A stretch of DNA of 64,000 bases, from the NCBI GenBank assembly GCA_020352515.1, contig CP070678.1, positions 2,345,591-2,409,590 on the forward strand. Direction: 5' to 3'. Numbering within the stretch: the first letter of the stretch is position 1; every line of letters begins with the position of its first letter. Shown here one piece after another: positions 38,476 to 47,641 of this stretch. The translations under genes were made by a program, and so were the position numbers. Below the pieces are notes generated by a model. That model was given only the letters and a program-made list of their open reading frames with translations. It was not told the origin of the DNA and searched no databases. Origin of the DNA: Phycisphaerales bacterium (GTDB lineage Bacteria; Planctomycetota; Phycisphaerae; Sedimentisphaerales; Anaerobacaceae).

Positions 38476-39291
38476 TTAGCTCTTCCTGCGAATCAGTGCC
38501 AGAGCACCCAGTCCGAGCAGGGCCATAGTCGCCGGCTCCGGTATGGCGGCGCCGGGACCGCCAAGGCTCTCTATCTCTTCGGGCGTTAGAGGCCTATCCC
38601 AGATCGCCATATTCGAGAAATACATCAGCGCGTCGTCCCCGTCGTTATCGCCGGCCAGGCAGACGTACGGATTGGCGTGATCGGACGGATAAAGCGAGAA
38701 GCGGCCGTCAAGATCGAGATTGTCCGTCTTGTGGTTGCCCTTGAGCTGGCCGTTGATATACATGTCATGGAAAGCCACGCCCGGGTCGTCGTCCAGGTTA
38801 ACCGTCAAGACCACGCGGTACCACGTGGAATGGCTGCTGTACCACTCGCCAACGGTCGAGTTGTCCGTGTAACCCAGCGCGCTCACGCCCCAGCTCTCAT
38901 CGGCCGGATGAATGAAATACTCGGAGTCGTTGTAGGTCTCGTAGCCGGTCTGATAGAAAGCCCGCCACTTACCCGCACTCTCCTCCGGGTACATCACGTC
39001 AAACAGAAGACTGAATTCATTGACCCAGACGCCGCCGCCATTCGCCGGGATTTCGTGCTGGGCCTGGTAGTAAGTGCCCTTCTCGACGGCAACCGCCCCG
39101 TCGGACCCGTCAACTCCGGCCACAGCAGATTGACCGGCGCCCCAGAGAATCAGGTCATTTCCCAGGGTTGCCTTCGTCAGGTTGCCGGCGTCATCGAACT
39201 CCCATAGGCCCTTGAGGCCTGTTGCCAGATCCGCCCGTGCGACTGTCGCAAAGGCCAGAAACAACAATAAGAATGCAACTTTGCCTTTCAT
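38476..39291 (-). CDS. PEP-CTERM-anchored LamG/ConA-like protein
   Basis: The ATG at 39291 follows GGAAGGAG. It has a signal peptide (KVAFLLLFLAFATVARA). It shares the ~240-aa N-domain with its neighbours. The C-terminus IPEPATMALLGLGALALIRRKS is a PEP-CTERM signal. Confidence 0.8.
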   Translation of the reverse strand: MKGKVAFLLLFLAFATVARADLATGLKGLWEFDDAGNLTKATLGNDLILWGAGQSAVAGVDGSDGAVAVEKGTYYQAQHEIPANGGGVWVNEFSLLFDVMYPEESAGKWRAFYQTGYETYNDSEYFIHPADESWGVSALGYTDNSTVGEWYSSHSTWYRVVLTVNLDDDPGVAFHDMYINGQLKGNHKTDNLDLDGRFSLYPSDHANPYVCLAGDNDGDDALMYFSNMAIWDRPLTPEEIESLGGPGAAIPEPATMALLGLGALALIRRKS

Positions 39292-39601
39292 CGGTTCTCC
39301 TTCCAGAATCACAATATTGCCAAAGTTCACACTTTCTCATACCGCGCGCCCCACAAACACGCCCTGCACCACCGCTGTTGTGAGACCATTCTGTCTGGCA
39401 GGCTCCTCCAATATAGAACCCTTTTGACAGGGACCATCATATCATCAGTGCACGGCCTTGTCAAGCACAAAAACTGCTAAAATCAAGGCTGCGCCCCGCC
39501 TCGTGGCTGCGGCGTTAAGTGCTTCTGCCACAAGGAGTTAGCGTGTTCGAGGCCCTGGCTGGGCCGGATTGCAATCGGCCCGGGCTAATACCGGCGTTGC
39601 G

Positions 39602-42600
39602 CTACGGCCACATATCCTCGATCAGCCACTGTTCACCAAGCCCGGCGAAGTCCTTAAAATCAACCTTGTTGTCCTCGTTCAAATCACTTCGTATTCCACT
39701 GAGGAACCACACCTGATCATCGGCAAGCACGGTGTTGTAAATCCTCACGTCGTCAATTGCTCCCACAAACCAGCCGTCATACATTTCCGTGCCGTCCTGG
39801 GCTATCACGGTTGGGTTGCCCGAATCGATGGTGCCGGTGCTGCCGGAGATGTTCACCCGGCCCTGATATTCTCCGTCAAAGTAGAAGCGTGCGTAGGCAT
39901 CGCGGTCGTGTGCGACGCAGAGGTGATGCCACTCGCCATCACTCAGTATTGGGCCGGGCGGGTCGTAGTCCCGGCGGCCGCCGGTCGCGCCTGAGTAATT
40001 CCACTGCCACGAGCCGCTTCCGCCGCCCTGGCCGGCAATGACCCAGCCGGTGTTGCCGCCGCTGTCCCAATCCTTGTTTGAGATTATTGAAGCATCGCTT
40101 TCCCAGCCCACAGTTTTTACCCACAACGCCACGGTGAAATCGGTGCTCTCTCCGAAATTCAGGTTAGAGGCGCTGCCCAGGACCACGTGTGTCCTGCCGC
40201 CAAGCTCCAGTGCACTGTCTACCATACCTGTCACCCATGCTGCATCGCCCATTATCGTCCCGTGGACACCGCTGTCGGAGCTGTCCTGAGCATTGCCGTC
40301 GAACTTCCACCAGCCGACAAGATTGCCGGCGCCCGGCGCCGCGGCCGCAAGAAGCCACTTGTCCGCCATGACGGCGACTTCCCCGGCGTTTATGACGCAG
40401 TCCGGGACGTAGTCAACTTTGGCGAACCCGGCCGAGCGACGTGCCGGAATACACATCGAGCCATACAACCTGAGCTCGTCGAAGATTACCACTCCCGAGC
40501 CTCCCGGGACCGTCGGATTCGTATCGTTGCCAAAGCCGATGCTGATATTGGTGACACCGTGCAAGTCGACCCCGAAGGACGCCAGATCGATAAGCCACTC
40601 GTGCCATTGTGCCTCCTGCAAGTCGGTCATTTCGCCATCGTATGGTATCTTGACTCCGTTGAGCTTGAGGTACATCTGCTCGGTGGTGCCGGCGACATTG
40701 GCCGGGTCGCCGTAGAACTGCACGGACAACGCCCTGGCGCCGCCTCTGGTCCAATCGGCGCCAATCGGCAGATCGGCAATAGCGGCCGTGGCTTCCGAAT
40801 AGTACTTTTTGCCGGCGGTGCCGAGAAAATTCGTCCCGTCGTTGTCATAGTAATACGCCAGCGCGGCACCGGCAACGCTGGTACCGGCGCTAAGGTCAAC
40901 AACCGAACCGGTGCCGTTGCCGGCGTAGGGCGGCGCCGGCTCGGTCCAGCCCTCGCCGTCCCTCCACGTGTACCATATCCTGCTTCCGGGCTGACCGACG
41001 GCGTCGTTGTCTCCATAGGAGTCCATGTCATCGACGACGAGAGAGTCGGCGGTGGTAAACGACCATACATCACTTTGCCAAGCATTCGGCTCGGCTGCGT
41101 TGTTGACCTCAACAATCTTCCAGTAGTAGGTGGTGTCCAGATTCAGCGACGAGATGTTGTAGCTGGCGTCGCATCCTTTGGAGGCGGGCAGGCTGACGAG
41201 CGGGCCGCCGCTCCCGTCCGACACCCCCTGCTCATCGGGGCCGAAGTACAGTTCGTGCGATGCCGCCTCGCTTCCGGCCCTCCAGCTCAGGACGACATCA
41301 ATAGGCACGGCAGTCGCCTGGTCTTCAGGGCTCGGCATTTTTGCCTGGACGGGCAGGTACAGGAAGCGAACCTCGCTCAGGCCGTGCTGGTCCACCAGAC
41401 CTGCGCTGTGGTTGCTGTTTACGGTAATCTTGACGTACCTGGCGGCAACGCCGCCAAACGCGACAGCCGCGCCGTGCGCGTACCCGTCGGTGCCTGGCGC
41501 CTTGGGAATCTCACCGACGCCGGCCAGCTCGGTCCATGTCGAGCCGTCCGTCGAATACTCGATAGTAACCCCCTTGAGTCCGTGCAATGTGAGCAGCCCC
41601 TCCCCGTTGAAGTTCCATACCCACATCTCGTGCAGCTTGTACGTCTTGTCGAACTCGTACCGGATCCAAGCCGCTGTGTCGGAACTCTCGCTTAGCCACA
41701 TGTGCGAGGTGTTGTTGGAATGGAGGTCGCCGTCCAGGCCGGATTCGTTGATGGTGTTTTCCGGTCCCTTGCCCGGTTCGCTGCTCGAAGCCGTGACGGT
41801 GATATTGGCGGGGCCCAGGGCGTAGGCAAAAGGCCCGGTGGCGAATTGCCAGACGGGACCCTCATCCCATCCGCTGACACCGTTTGCCTCGTCGATCCGC
41901 CAGTAGTAGGTTGTCACATAATCTAAAGCAAAGGGAAGCTCGGCCGTATCAAACTCGGGCTGGCTCGTGGGACCGCGGTCGGCGGCAGCGGCACCATCGT
42001 TGACATCATCAAAATTCTCGCTGAAGAAAACCCTGTGCCCGTTGGCGGGGGGCGCGTAGGCTCCCGGCGTCCATCTCAGGATTACGTCGGTGCACACATC
42101 TGCGGCTCCGTCGGCCGGACTTGGGTTGGACGCCAGCGCCGGATCAAGCGGCTGGATTGGATCGCCGGGACCGCCAAGGGCGGCAATCTCCTGCGCCGTA
42201 AGGGGGCGCTCCCAGATTGCTATGTTCGAAAAGTACATAAGGGCGTCCTCTCCGTTGTTATCGCCGCTGAAGACCACGTACGGGTTGGCGTAGTCGGCCG
42301 GATACAGGGAAAAGCGGCCGTCGAGATCAAGATTACCCGTATTGTGCTTGCCCTTGAGCTGTCCGTTGATGTAGAGGTCGTGAAATGCCGCAGCAGGATC
42401 GTCGTCCAGGTTGACCGTCAAGACGGCCCGGTACCAGGTGGAGTGGGTGCTCTGCCACTGGCCCACCGTGTCGCTGTTGGTATAGCCCAGCGCGGCAACA
42501 CCCCAGCTTTCGTCTCCCGGATTGATGAAATAGTCGGAGTCGTTGTACGTCTCGTAGCCCGTCTGGTAGAAGGCGCGCCATTTGCCCACGCTTTCCTCTG

Positions 42601-42916
42601 GATACATCACGTCAAAGAGCAGAGTGAATTCGTTGACGTATGTGGTGCTGCCGCCGTTAGCGGCAACGCCATGGGCGCACTGGTAGTATGTGCCCGATTC
42701 GACCGCCACGGCCCCGTCCGCTCCGCTGATCCCGCTCACCGCAGATTGCCCGCTGCCGTTGAGAATAAGGTCGTTACCCAGCGTTGCCGTGGTAAGGTTT
42801 TCGGCGTCGTCGAATTCCCACAGGCCCTTCAGGCCCGTCATGATGTCCGCTTGGGCCGTTCCGACAATCGCAAGCCCCAGAACCAGCAGAATTGAGCAGA
42901 TTAGCTTCTTGCACAT
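39602..42916 (-). CDS. Large secreted LamG / Fn3-like / discoidin (F5/8 type C) / LamG protein with a C-terminal dockerin-like loop
   Basis: 1104 aa. The N-domain is ~85% identical to the 37122 product. Discoidin-like: HMWLSESSDTAAWIRYEFDKTYKLHEMWVWN. Second LamG: LVGWWKFDGNAQDSS...FTVALWVK...IDDVRIYN. The tail reads SDLNEDNKVDFKDFAGLGEQWL. Confidence 0.8.
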   Translation of the reverse strand: MCKKLICSILLVLGLAIVGTAQADIMTGLKGLWEFDDAENLTTATLGNDLILNGSGQSAVSGISGADGAVAVESGTYYQCAHGVAANGGSTTYVNEFTLLFDVMYPEESVGKWRAFYQTGYETYNDSDYFINPGDESWGVAALGYTNSDTVGQWQSTHSTWYRAVLTVNLDDDPAAAFHDLYINGQLKGKHNTGNLDLDGRFSLYPADYANPYVVFSGDNNGEDALMYFSNIAIWERPLTAQEIAALGGPGDPIQPLDPALASNPSPADGAADVCTDVILRWTPGAYAPPANGHRVFFSENFDDVNDGAAAADRGPTSQPEFDTAELPFALDYVTTYYWRIDEANGVSGWDEGPVWQFATGPFAYALGPANITVTASSSEPGKGPENTINESGLDGDLHSNNTSHMWLSESSDTAAWIRYEFDKTYKLHEMWVWNFNGEGLLTLHGLKGVTIEYSTDGSTWTELAGVGEIPKAPGTDGYAHGAAVAFGGVAARYVKITVNSNHSAGLVDQHGLSEVRFLYLPVQAKMPSPEDQATAVPIDVVLSWRAGSEAASHELYFGPDEQGVSDGSGGPLVSLPASKGCDASYNISSLNLDTTYYWKIVEVNNAAEPNAWQSDVWSFTTADSLVVDDMDSYGDNDAVGQPGSRIWYTWRDGEGWTEPAPPYAGNGTGSVVDLSAGTSVAGAALAYYYDNDGTNFLGTAGKKYYSEATAAIADLPIGADWTRGGARALSVQFYGDPANVAGTTEQMYLKLNGVKIPYDGEMTDLQEAQWHEWLIDLASFGVDLHGVTNISIGFGNDTNPTVPGGSGVVIFDELRLYGSMCIPARRSAGFAKVDYVPDCVINAGEVAVMADKWLLAAAAPGAGNLVGWWKFDGNAQDSSDSGVHGTIMGDAAWVTGMVDSALELGGRTHVVLGSASNLNFGESTDFTVALWVKTVGWESDASIISNKDWDSGGNTGWVIAGQGGGSGSWQWNYSGATGGRRDYDPPGPILSDGEWHHLCVAHDRDAYARFYFDGEYQGRVNISGSTGTIDSGNPTVIAQDGTEMYDGWFVGAIDDVRIYNTVLADDQVWFLSGIRSDLNEDNKVDFKDFAGLGEQWLIEDMWP

Positions 42917-43328
42917 TTTCGTCCTCCTTCAAGAATAGACAATGACCATGCACTGACTACGTATCGAGACCAACACCATTCAGATGCGCAACTTGTGAAA
43001 GCCACAAGTTGTTGGGCCCTGAACAAACCACCAAAATCTCCGGGACGATTACCCCCCGCCTCCATTGTTGCTCCTGATCGGAATGTCTTGTACAATACAA
43101 TACCATTCTCAACACCCTCGAGCAACCCATATTACCACATTGGCCCCGGTCTTTCCATACTTTTCCGCTTTTTTTTTGTGTCGGTTGCCGCGCCATCCTG
43201 CGCCGACACACGGACAAGCTATGAAACCGGAGCCTCCGCCAGTTGGTTATGATAAAGGCTCGTAGTAACGGCCTGATCTTGTTTGTGGCCGTTAAATGCC
43301 ACAGTAACCTCGAGCAGAGGAGCCTCCA

Positions 43329-43800
43329 ATGGTCAAGTATCAAGTATATTGGATTTGACATTGATGACAAGAAGACAGTTGCGTGTGTTAGTCAAAAAGG
43401 AAAGAAGGAACGGTATAAGAAGACCGACAGCCACATCGAATCCACGCGAAAATTCCTAAAGCAACAGAACACTGCCGGCTGCCGATTACACCTGACATTC
43501 GAGGTCAGCGGACAAGCTGGCTTTCTTTACGATTCGCTGGAAGATTATATCGATCCGGTTGCCGTGAGTAACCCATCCCAAATGACATGGATATATCGCA
43601 CTTCGAAGGAAACAGATCGGATCGATGCTCACAAACAAGCGTTATTGTTATCTGTGGGAGAAATACCGAGAGTCCGCATGCCCAGTCGCAGAATTCGGCA
43701 ATGGCGAGACACTATTCAACACCGTCGCAGGATCATCGGGCGAATAGTACGGATCAAGAACCGTATTCGGGCTTTGCTGAAAAGTCAGGGGCACACACAA
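43329..43800 (+). pseudogene. IS110-family transposase, N-terminal (DEDD/RuvC-like) domain only; frameshifted and 3'-truncated
   Basis: GAGGAG lies 6 nt before the ATG at 43329. ATG GTC AAG TAT is followed by a tandem 7-bp duplication (CAAGTAT at 43334-40 and 43341-47) that breaks the frame. Removing one copy gives MVKYIGFDIDDKKTVACV..., and TFEVSG...NPSQMTWIYRTSKETDRIDA follows. Homology ends at 43800, where the IS3-like end begins. The C-terminal domain is missing. Confidence 0.7.
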
Positions 43801-44030
43801 TGCCCTGCCCCGGTTCTATGCACCAGCCTCTATGAGGGGATTAGACTTGTTGTCTTGGGGCTGACGGAGCGTAGCGGAGTCAGCCCCAAGACAAGTCGCC
43901 GCGAACCGCGAACAAGTACCTCAAGACTTCCACCACGTCTTCACCACCGATGTTTTTGCCAACGTCTATCGCCAGACATTCTCGGTTATCCTCTCATGAA
44001 GACTGGACCAGTTTTTGGGGAGCAGGCCAT
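43801..44030 (-). mobile_element. IS3/IS407-like element fragment (terminal repeat copy B, hairpin and an rve-domain fragment) inserted into the IS110 transposase gene
   Basis: 43801-47 is TGCCCTGCCCCGGTTCTATGCACCAGCCTCTATGAGGGGATTAGACT (repeat copy B). 43850-65 and 43879-94 form a perfect 16-bp inverted repeat. The minus strand of ~43893-43990 translates to RECLAIDVGKNIGGEDVVEVLRYLFAVRG, which resembles the start of IS407-type integrase cores. Confidence 0.55.
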
Positions 44031-44157
44031 TGGGACGACTACTCATAGCCAGACCTCTTGAAATCGAAGTTGCGATTACGGTATTATTTGCGACGTCGCA
44101 TGCAAGAGCAGTCGTTATGACGTTAAGTAGAAAATCCCTCTTGAAACAGGTGAGGAC

Positions 44158-47058
44158 ATGAGGCTTATGAACAGGTTCACGCAGATTCAGGAAAGAGCGT
44201 GTGCGGGCGTTTCCGTCTTGAGAGTGCCGGCGGCGCTGGTTGTTCTGCTGTGGGCGACTGTGACGACGCCCGGGTGCGTGAATCTTCAGGGGGTGGATCT
44301 GTATAAGGGGTTTCAGAATCCACCGCAGGAGGCGAGGCCCTGGACGTACTTCCTGCTGCTAAATGGTTATATGAACCGGGATTACCTCGAGAGCGAACTC
44401 CGACAGCTTCGCGATGTTGGGATCGGCGGGCTGTGCGTGTTCGACATGGGCGGTCGGGGGGACGAGGCGGCGTTGCCACCGGCCGGTCCAGCGTTCATGA
44501 GTGAGCCGTGGCTGGACAACTTCGCCCATCTTGTGGATGTCGCGGGCAGGCTGGGCCTGGATGTTCAGTTGGCGGTCAGCAGCAGTTGGGACATGGGAGC
44601 AACCTGGGTCAAGCCTCAGGACGCCTCCATGGCGCTCTACCACACCAGCATAAACGTCCAGGGGCCCGCAGAATTCAATCAGGCTCTGCCGGAACCGGAG
44701 ATTCCTTCGAACGCGCCACGTGACGCCGAAGGCAAGCCGATTGTCCTTGAGAGCATCGCGGTGCTGGCCTTCCAGGCAGCGGTAACTGCATCGAAACACC
44801 AACCCGCCGGCACAATTGCATCGGCCGATACCGTAATCGATCTCAGCACGCAGGTCGGCGCCGACGGGCATCTGCGGTGGAGCGCGCCGAAGGGCAAGTG
44901 GACCGTTCTCCGGTTCGTTCTGGGCAATACTGGCGAACGGCTGAAGGTTGCGAGTCCAAACTCAGATGGCCTGGCAACGGACCATTTTAGCGCCCGCGCC
45001 ACCGCCGATTACATTGACTATCTCACGGAACGTCTGCGCCGGCGTCTGGGTCGTCTCGAGGACACGCCGCTCAAGAGCCTATATCTGCCGAGCTACGAGG
45101 TTCGTGGCAATGTTTGGACGGGCGACCTGGTCGAGCAGTTCCGGCATTACCGCGGCTACGACCCGACGAAATGGCTGCCTGTGGTGGCAGGATACACGAT
45201 TGAAAACCAGGAGCAGACCGAGCGGTTCCGGTACGATCTGAACAAGACACTGGGGGATCTGCTGGTGGATGCGTATTATCGAACGGCGACCGAATCGGCA
45301 AGGCGAGCCGGGCTGGAGCTTGAGGCCGAGGCCGGGGGGCCGGGTCCGCCAGTGCATAACGTGCCGGTCGATGCGCTCAAGGCGCTGGGTGCGATCACGG
45401 AAGTGCGCGGCGAGTTCTGGCCATGGCGATTGGAGAACCATCCCTTGTGGGTGGTCAAGGAGACGGCCTGTGCGGCTCATATCTACGGCCGCAAGCGGGT
45501 GCACATGGAATCATTCACGGGCTTCTATCACTGGGCGGCCGGTCCGTTCGACCTGAAGTTCTCGGCGGACCGGGCCTTCTGCGAAGGCATGAACCACGTC
45601 GTCTGGCACACCGCCTCGCACCAGCCGCCCGAAGCGGGCAACCCGGGATGGGTCTACGGCGCCGGCACGCATCTGACGCCGAACCTTATCTGGTTCGACA
45701 AGGCCGGCCCGTTCATCCGGTACCTGGCCCGGACATCATTCATGCTGCAACAGGGTCTGTTTGTGGCGGATGTCTGCTATTACTACGGCGATCACGGCTT
45801 TAACTTCGTGCCGCCTAAACACGTCGGCCGAAGTCCCGGCCCCGGCTACGATTATGACGTGACCAATGCGGAGGTCCTGCTCAAACGTATGACGGTGCGC
45901 AACGGTCGTCTGCGGCTTCCTGACGGCATGGAATATGAAGTGCTTGTGCTGCCGGATCGTGAGGACATCAACCCGGATGTGCTGGCGAAGGTGCTCGAGC
46001 TGGTTAAGGCCGGGGCGACCGTGGTCGGACCCAAACCCAGAACCGCGGCCGGATTGGCCGACCATGCCCATCGCGACCGGCGAGTAAAGGAAATGGCTGA
46101 GAGGCTTTATGGCGATTGCAACGGCAAGACCGTGTTCGAGAATCAATTAGGCAAGGGAAGCGTCATCTGGGGACGCACGGTACGCGAGATCCTGAAATCG
46201 CGGGGTCTGGGCCCGGACTTTCAATACATGAGCCCGAACGGATCCGTCGAACTTGACTACATCCATCGTCGAGATGGCCACGCCGACATATACTTTGTGC
46301 GAAATGTCAAGGCCGAACCGGTCCGGACGGATGTCACGTTCCGAGTCCGCGGCAGGGTCCCGGAACTGTGGGATCCGGCCACGGGCACGGCCGTCGATCA
46401 GCAAGTGTATGAACAGACGCCACGTGGCGTGCGCATGCCCCTGGCGCTGGCCGAGCATGGTTCGGTCTTTGTCGTCTTTCGAGAACGGGACGCCCAGTCC
46501 GCGAGTCCGGCCGTCGACAGCGAACCGGAGGTTGTGGCGTTGCCAGGACCGTGGGAACTGTCATTCGAGGCCGATTACGCCCCGCCCAGCCCGATGACGC
46601 TCGACACGCTCATGTGGTGGACAGAAGAAAGTGACCGGGATATCAGGTACTTCTCAGGTCTGGGCCGTTATAAGACGACGGCCCGCATCCCGGATAACTG
46701 GCTGGGCGACGATAGACAGGTGGCTATCGATCTGGGACGGATGTGGTCGGTGGCGGAGGTGTTCGTCAACGGCGAGCCGGCGGGGATTATCTGGAAGCCG
46801 CCCTACCGGCTGGATATCACCGAGGCCCTCAAGCCGGGCCCGAACGTGCTGGTCATCGAAGTGGCGAACACGTGGTGCAATCGGATCATCGGGGACGCCC
46901 TGGGTGACGGTATGCCGCCGGTGACACGGACGAATATTACCGGATCAGGAACGCCGAAGAGGAGCTGGAAGAACATCCCCCCGCACCCGTCCGGTCTCAA
47001 GGGCGCGGTGCAACTGATCTCCACAAAGCGACTGCGTGTCAGGCCAGAGTCACTGTGA
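44158..47058 (+). CDS. GH106-like glycoside hydrolase (alpha-L-rhamnosidase family) with a C-terminal galactose-binding-like domain
   Basis: 966 aa. FQNPPQEARPWTYFLLLNG...ELRQLRDVGIGGLCVFDMG and the C-terminal VAEVFVNGEPAGIIWKPPYRLDITEALKPGPNVLVIEVANTWCNRIIGD match the family pattern as I recall it. Confidence 0.65.
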   Translation: MRLMNRFTQIQERACAGVSVLRVPAALVVLLWATVTTPGCVNLQGVDLYKGFQNPPQEARPWTYFLLLNGYMNRDYLESELRQLRDVGIGGLCVFDMGGRGDEAALPPAGPAFMSEPWLDNFAHLVDVAGRLGLDVQLAVSSSWDMGATWVKPQDASMALYHTSINVQGPAEFNQALPEPEIPSNAPRDAEGKPIVLESIAVLAFQAAVTASKHQPAGTIASADTVIDLSTQVGADGHLRWSAPKGKWTVLRFVLGNTGERLKVASPNSDGLATDHFSARATADYIDYLTERLRRRLGRLEDTPLKSLYLPSYEVRGNVWTGDLVEQFRHYRGYDPTKWLPVVAGYTIENQEQTERFRYDLNKTLGDLLVDAYYRTATESARRAGLELEAEAGGPGPPVHNVPVDALKALGAITEVRGEFWPWRLENHPLWVVKETACAAHIYGRKRVHMESFTGFYHWAAGPFDLKFSADRAFCEGMNHVVWHTASHQPPEAGNPGWVYGAGTHLTPNLIWFDKAGPFIRYLARTSFMLQQGLFVADVCYYYGDHGFNFVPPKHVGRSPGPGYDYDVTNAEVLLKRMTVRNGRLRLPDGMEYEVLVLPDREDINPDVLAKVLELVKAGATVVGPKPRTAAGLADHAHRDRRVKEMAERLYGDCNGKTVFENQLGKGSVIWGRTVREILKSRGLGPDFQYMSPNGSVELDYIHRRDGHADIYFVRNVKAEPVRTDVTFRVRGRVPELWDPATGTAVDQQVYEQTPRGVRMPLALAEHGSVFVVFRERDAQSASPAVDSEPEVVALPGPWELSFEADYAPPSPMTLDTLMWWTEESDRDIRYFSGLGRYKTTARIPDNWLGDDRQVAIDLGRMWSVAEVFVNGEPAGIIWKPPYRLDITEALKPGPNVLVIEVANTWCNRIIGDALGDGMPPVTRTNITGSGTPKRSWKNIPPHPSGLKGAVQLISTKRLRVRPESL

Positions 47059-47641
47059 TGCCCGTGCGTTCAGGGCGTGCATACATGTTGGCGGAATGGC
47101 AGGTGATCAGCGCTCTCAAACGCAGGCGTACGAGGACGGAATGGACAAAGCCTACGCCCAGTCGGGATTGGGTGATGATCTGCTCGACTGGCCGGGCCCC
47201 GGCGTCCTTTCGCTTGATTTCGTTCTGCTCGATGGACTCGGTGAGGCTCGTTTCTCATCACTGTCGAAATGTTCGAAAATACGGTACTGATCTGGATAAG
47301 CGTTGTCCTGGACGAGTCAGTTCAACATGCTCTTTTCCGGTTGGTCGGGATCATTGCTGTGAGTCTGAAACCGTTTGGTGCCAATGCGGCTTTGGCGAGA
47401 AATAGCGAGGATTGACAAGACTTCTTGACAGCCTAAATGCGCCTTCCCGCGCCATTTACGTGCCGTGCCAAGTTTTTCTGCTAGAATTTTACTTGTACTT
47501 TTTCAAAGATGGCGCTGCACTGGATATGGGCAAATTTCCGACAGCGCACCGGCCGCTCCGCCAACAAGAGCAGATTGGCAGTTCCGACAGCATTACTATG
47601 CCAATTCACCGGCTCCCCTGTACAGGGTCTTCATGAGGTGG

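Noticed and set aside
40187-41695. A 502-aa plus-strand ORF inside the large LamG/discoidin gene. The same applies to 42035-42895, 37302-38033 and 35463-36677.
   Set aside because: These ORFs are antisense to genes with strong paralogue support. Their composition is typical of shadow ORFs.
43168-43177. A T9 run upstream of the IS110 relic, considered as an intrinsic terminator
   Set aside because: No stable GC-rich hairpin immediately precedes it on either strand.
47059-47641. A 580-bp convergent spacer with two tandem TTGACA hexamers (47413-47436) and a 12-bp palindrome CCCTGTACAGGG (~47615-47626). I considered it as a possible sRNA or small gene.
   Set aside because: No acceptable -10 box sits at the right spacing, and there is no terminator or ORF with an RBS. 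One minus frame (…SLTESIEQNEIKRKDAGARPVEQIITQSRLGV…) may be a gene relic, but I cannot assign it.
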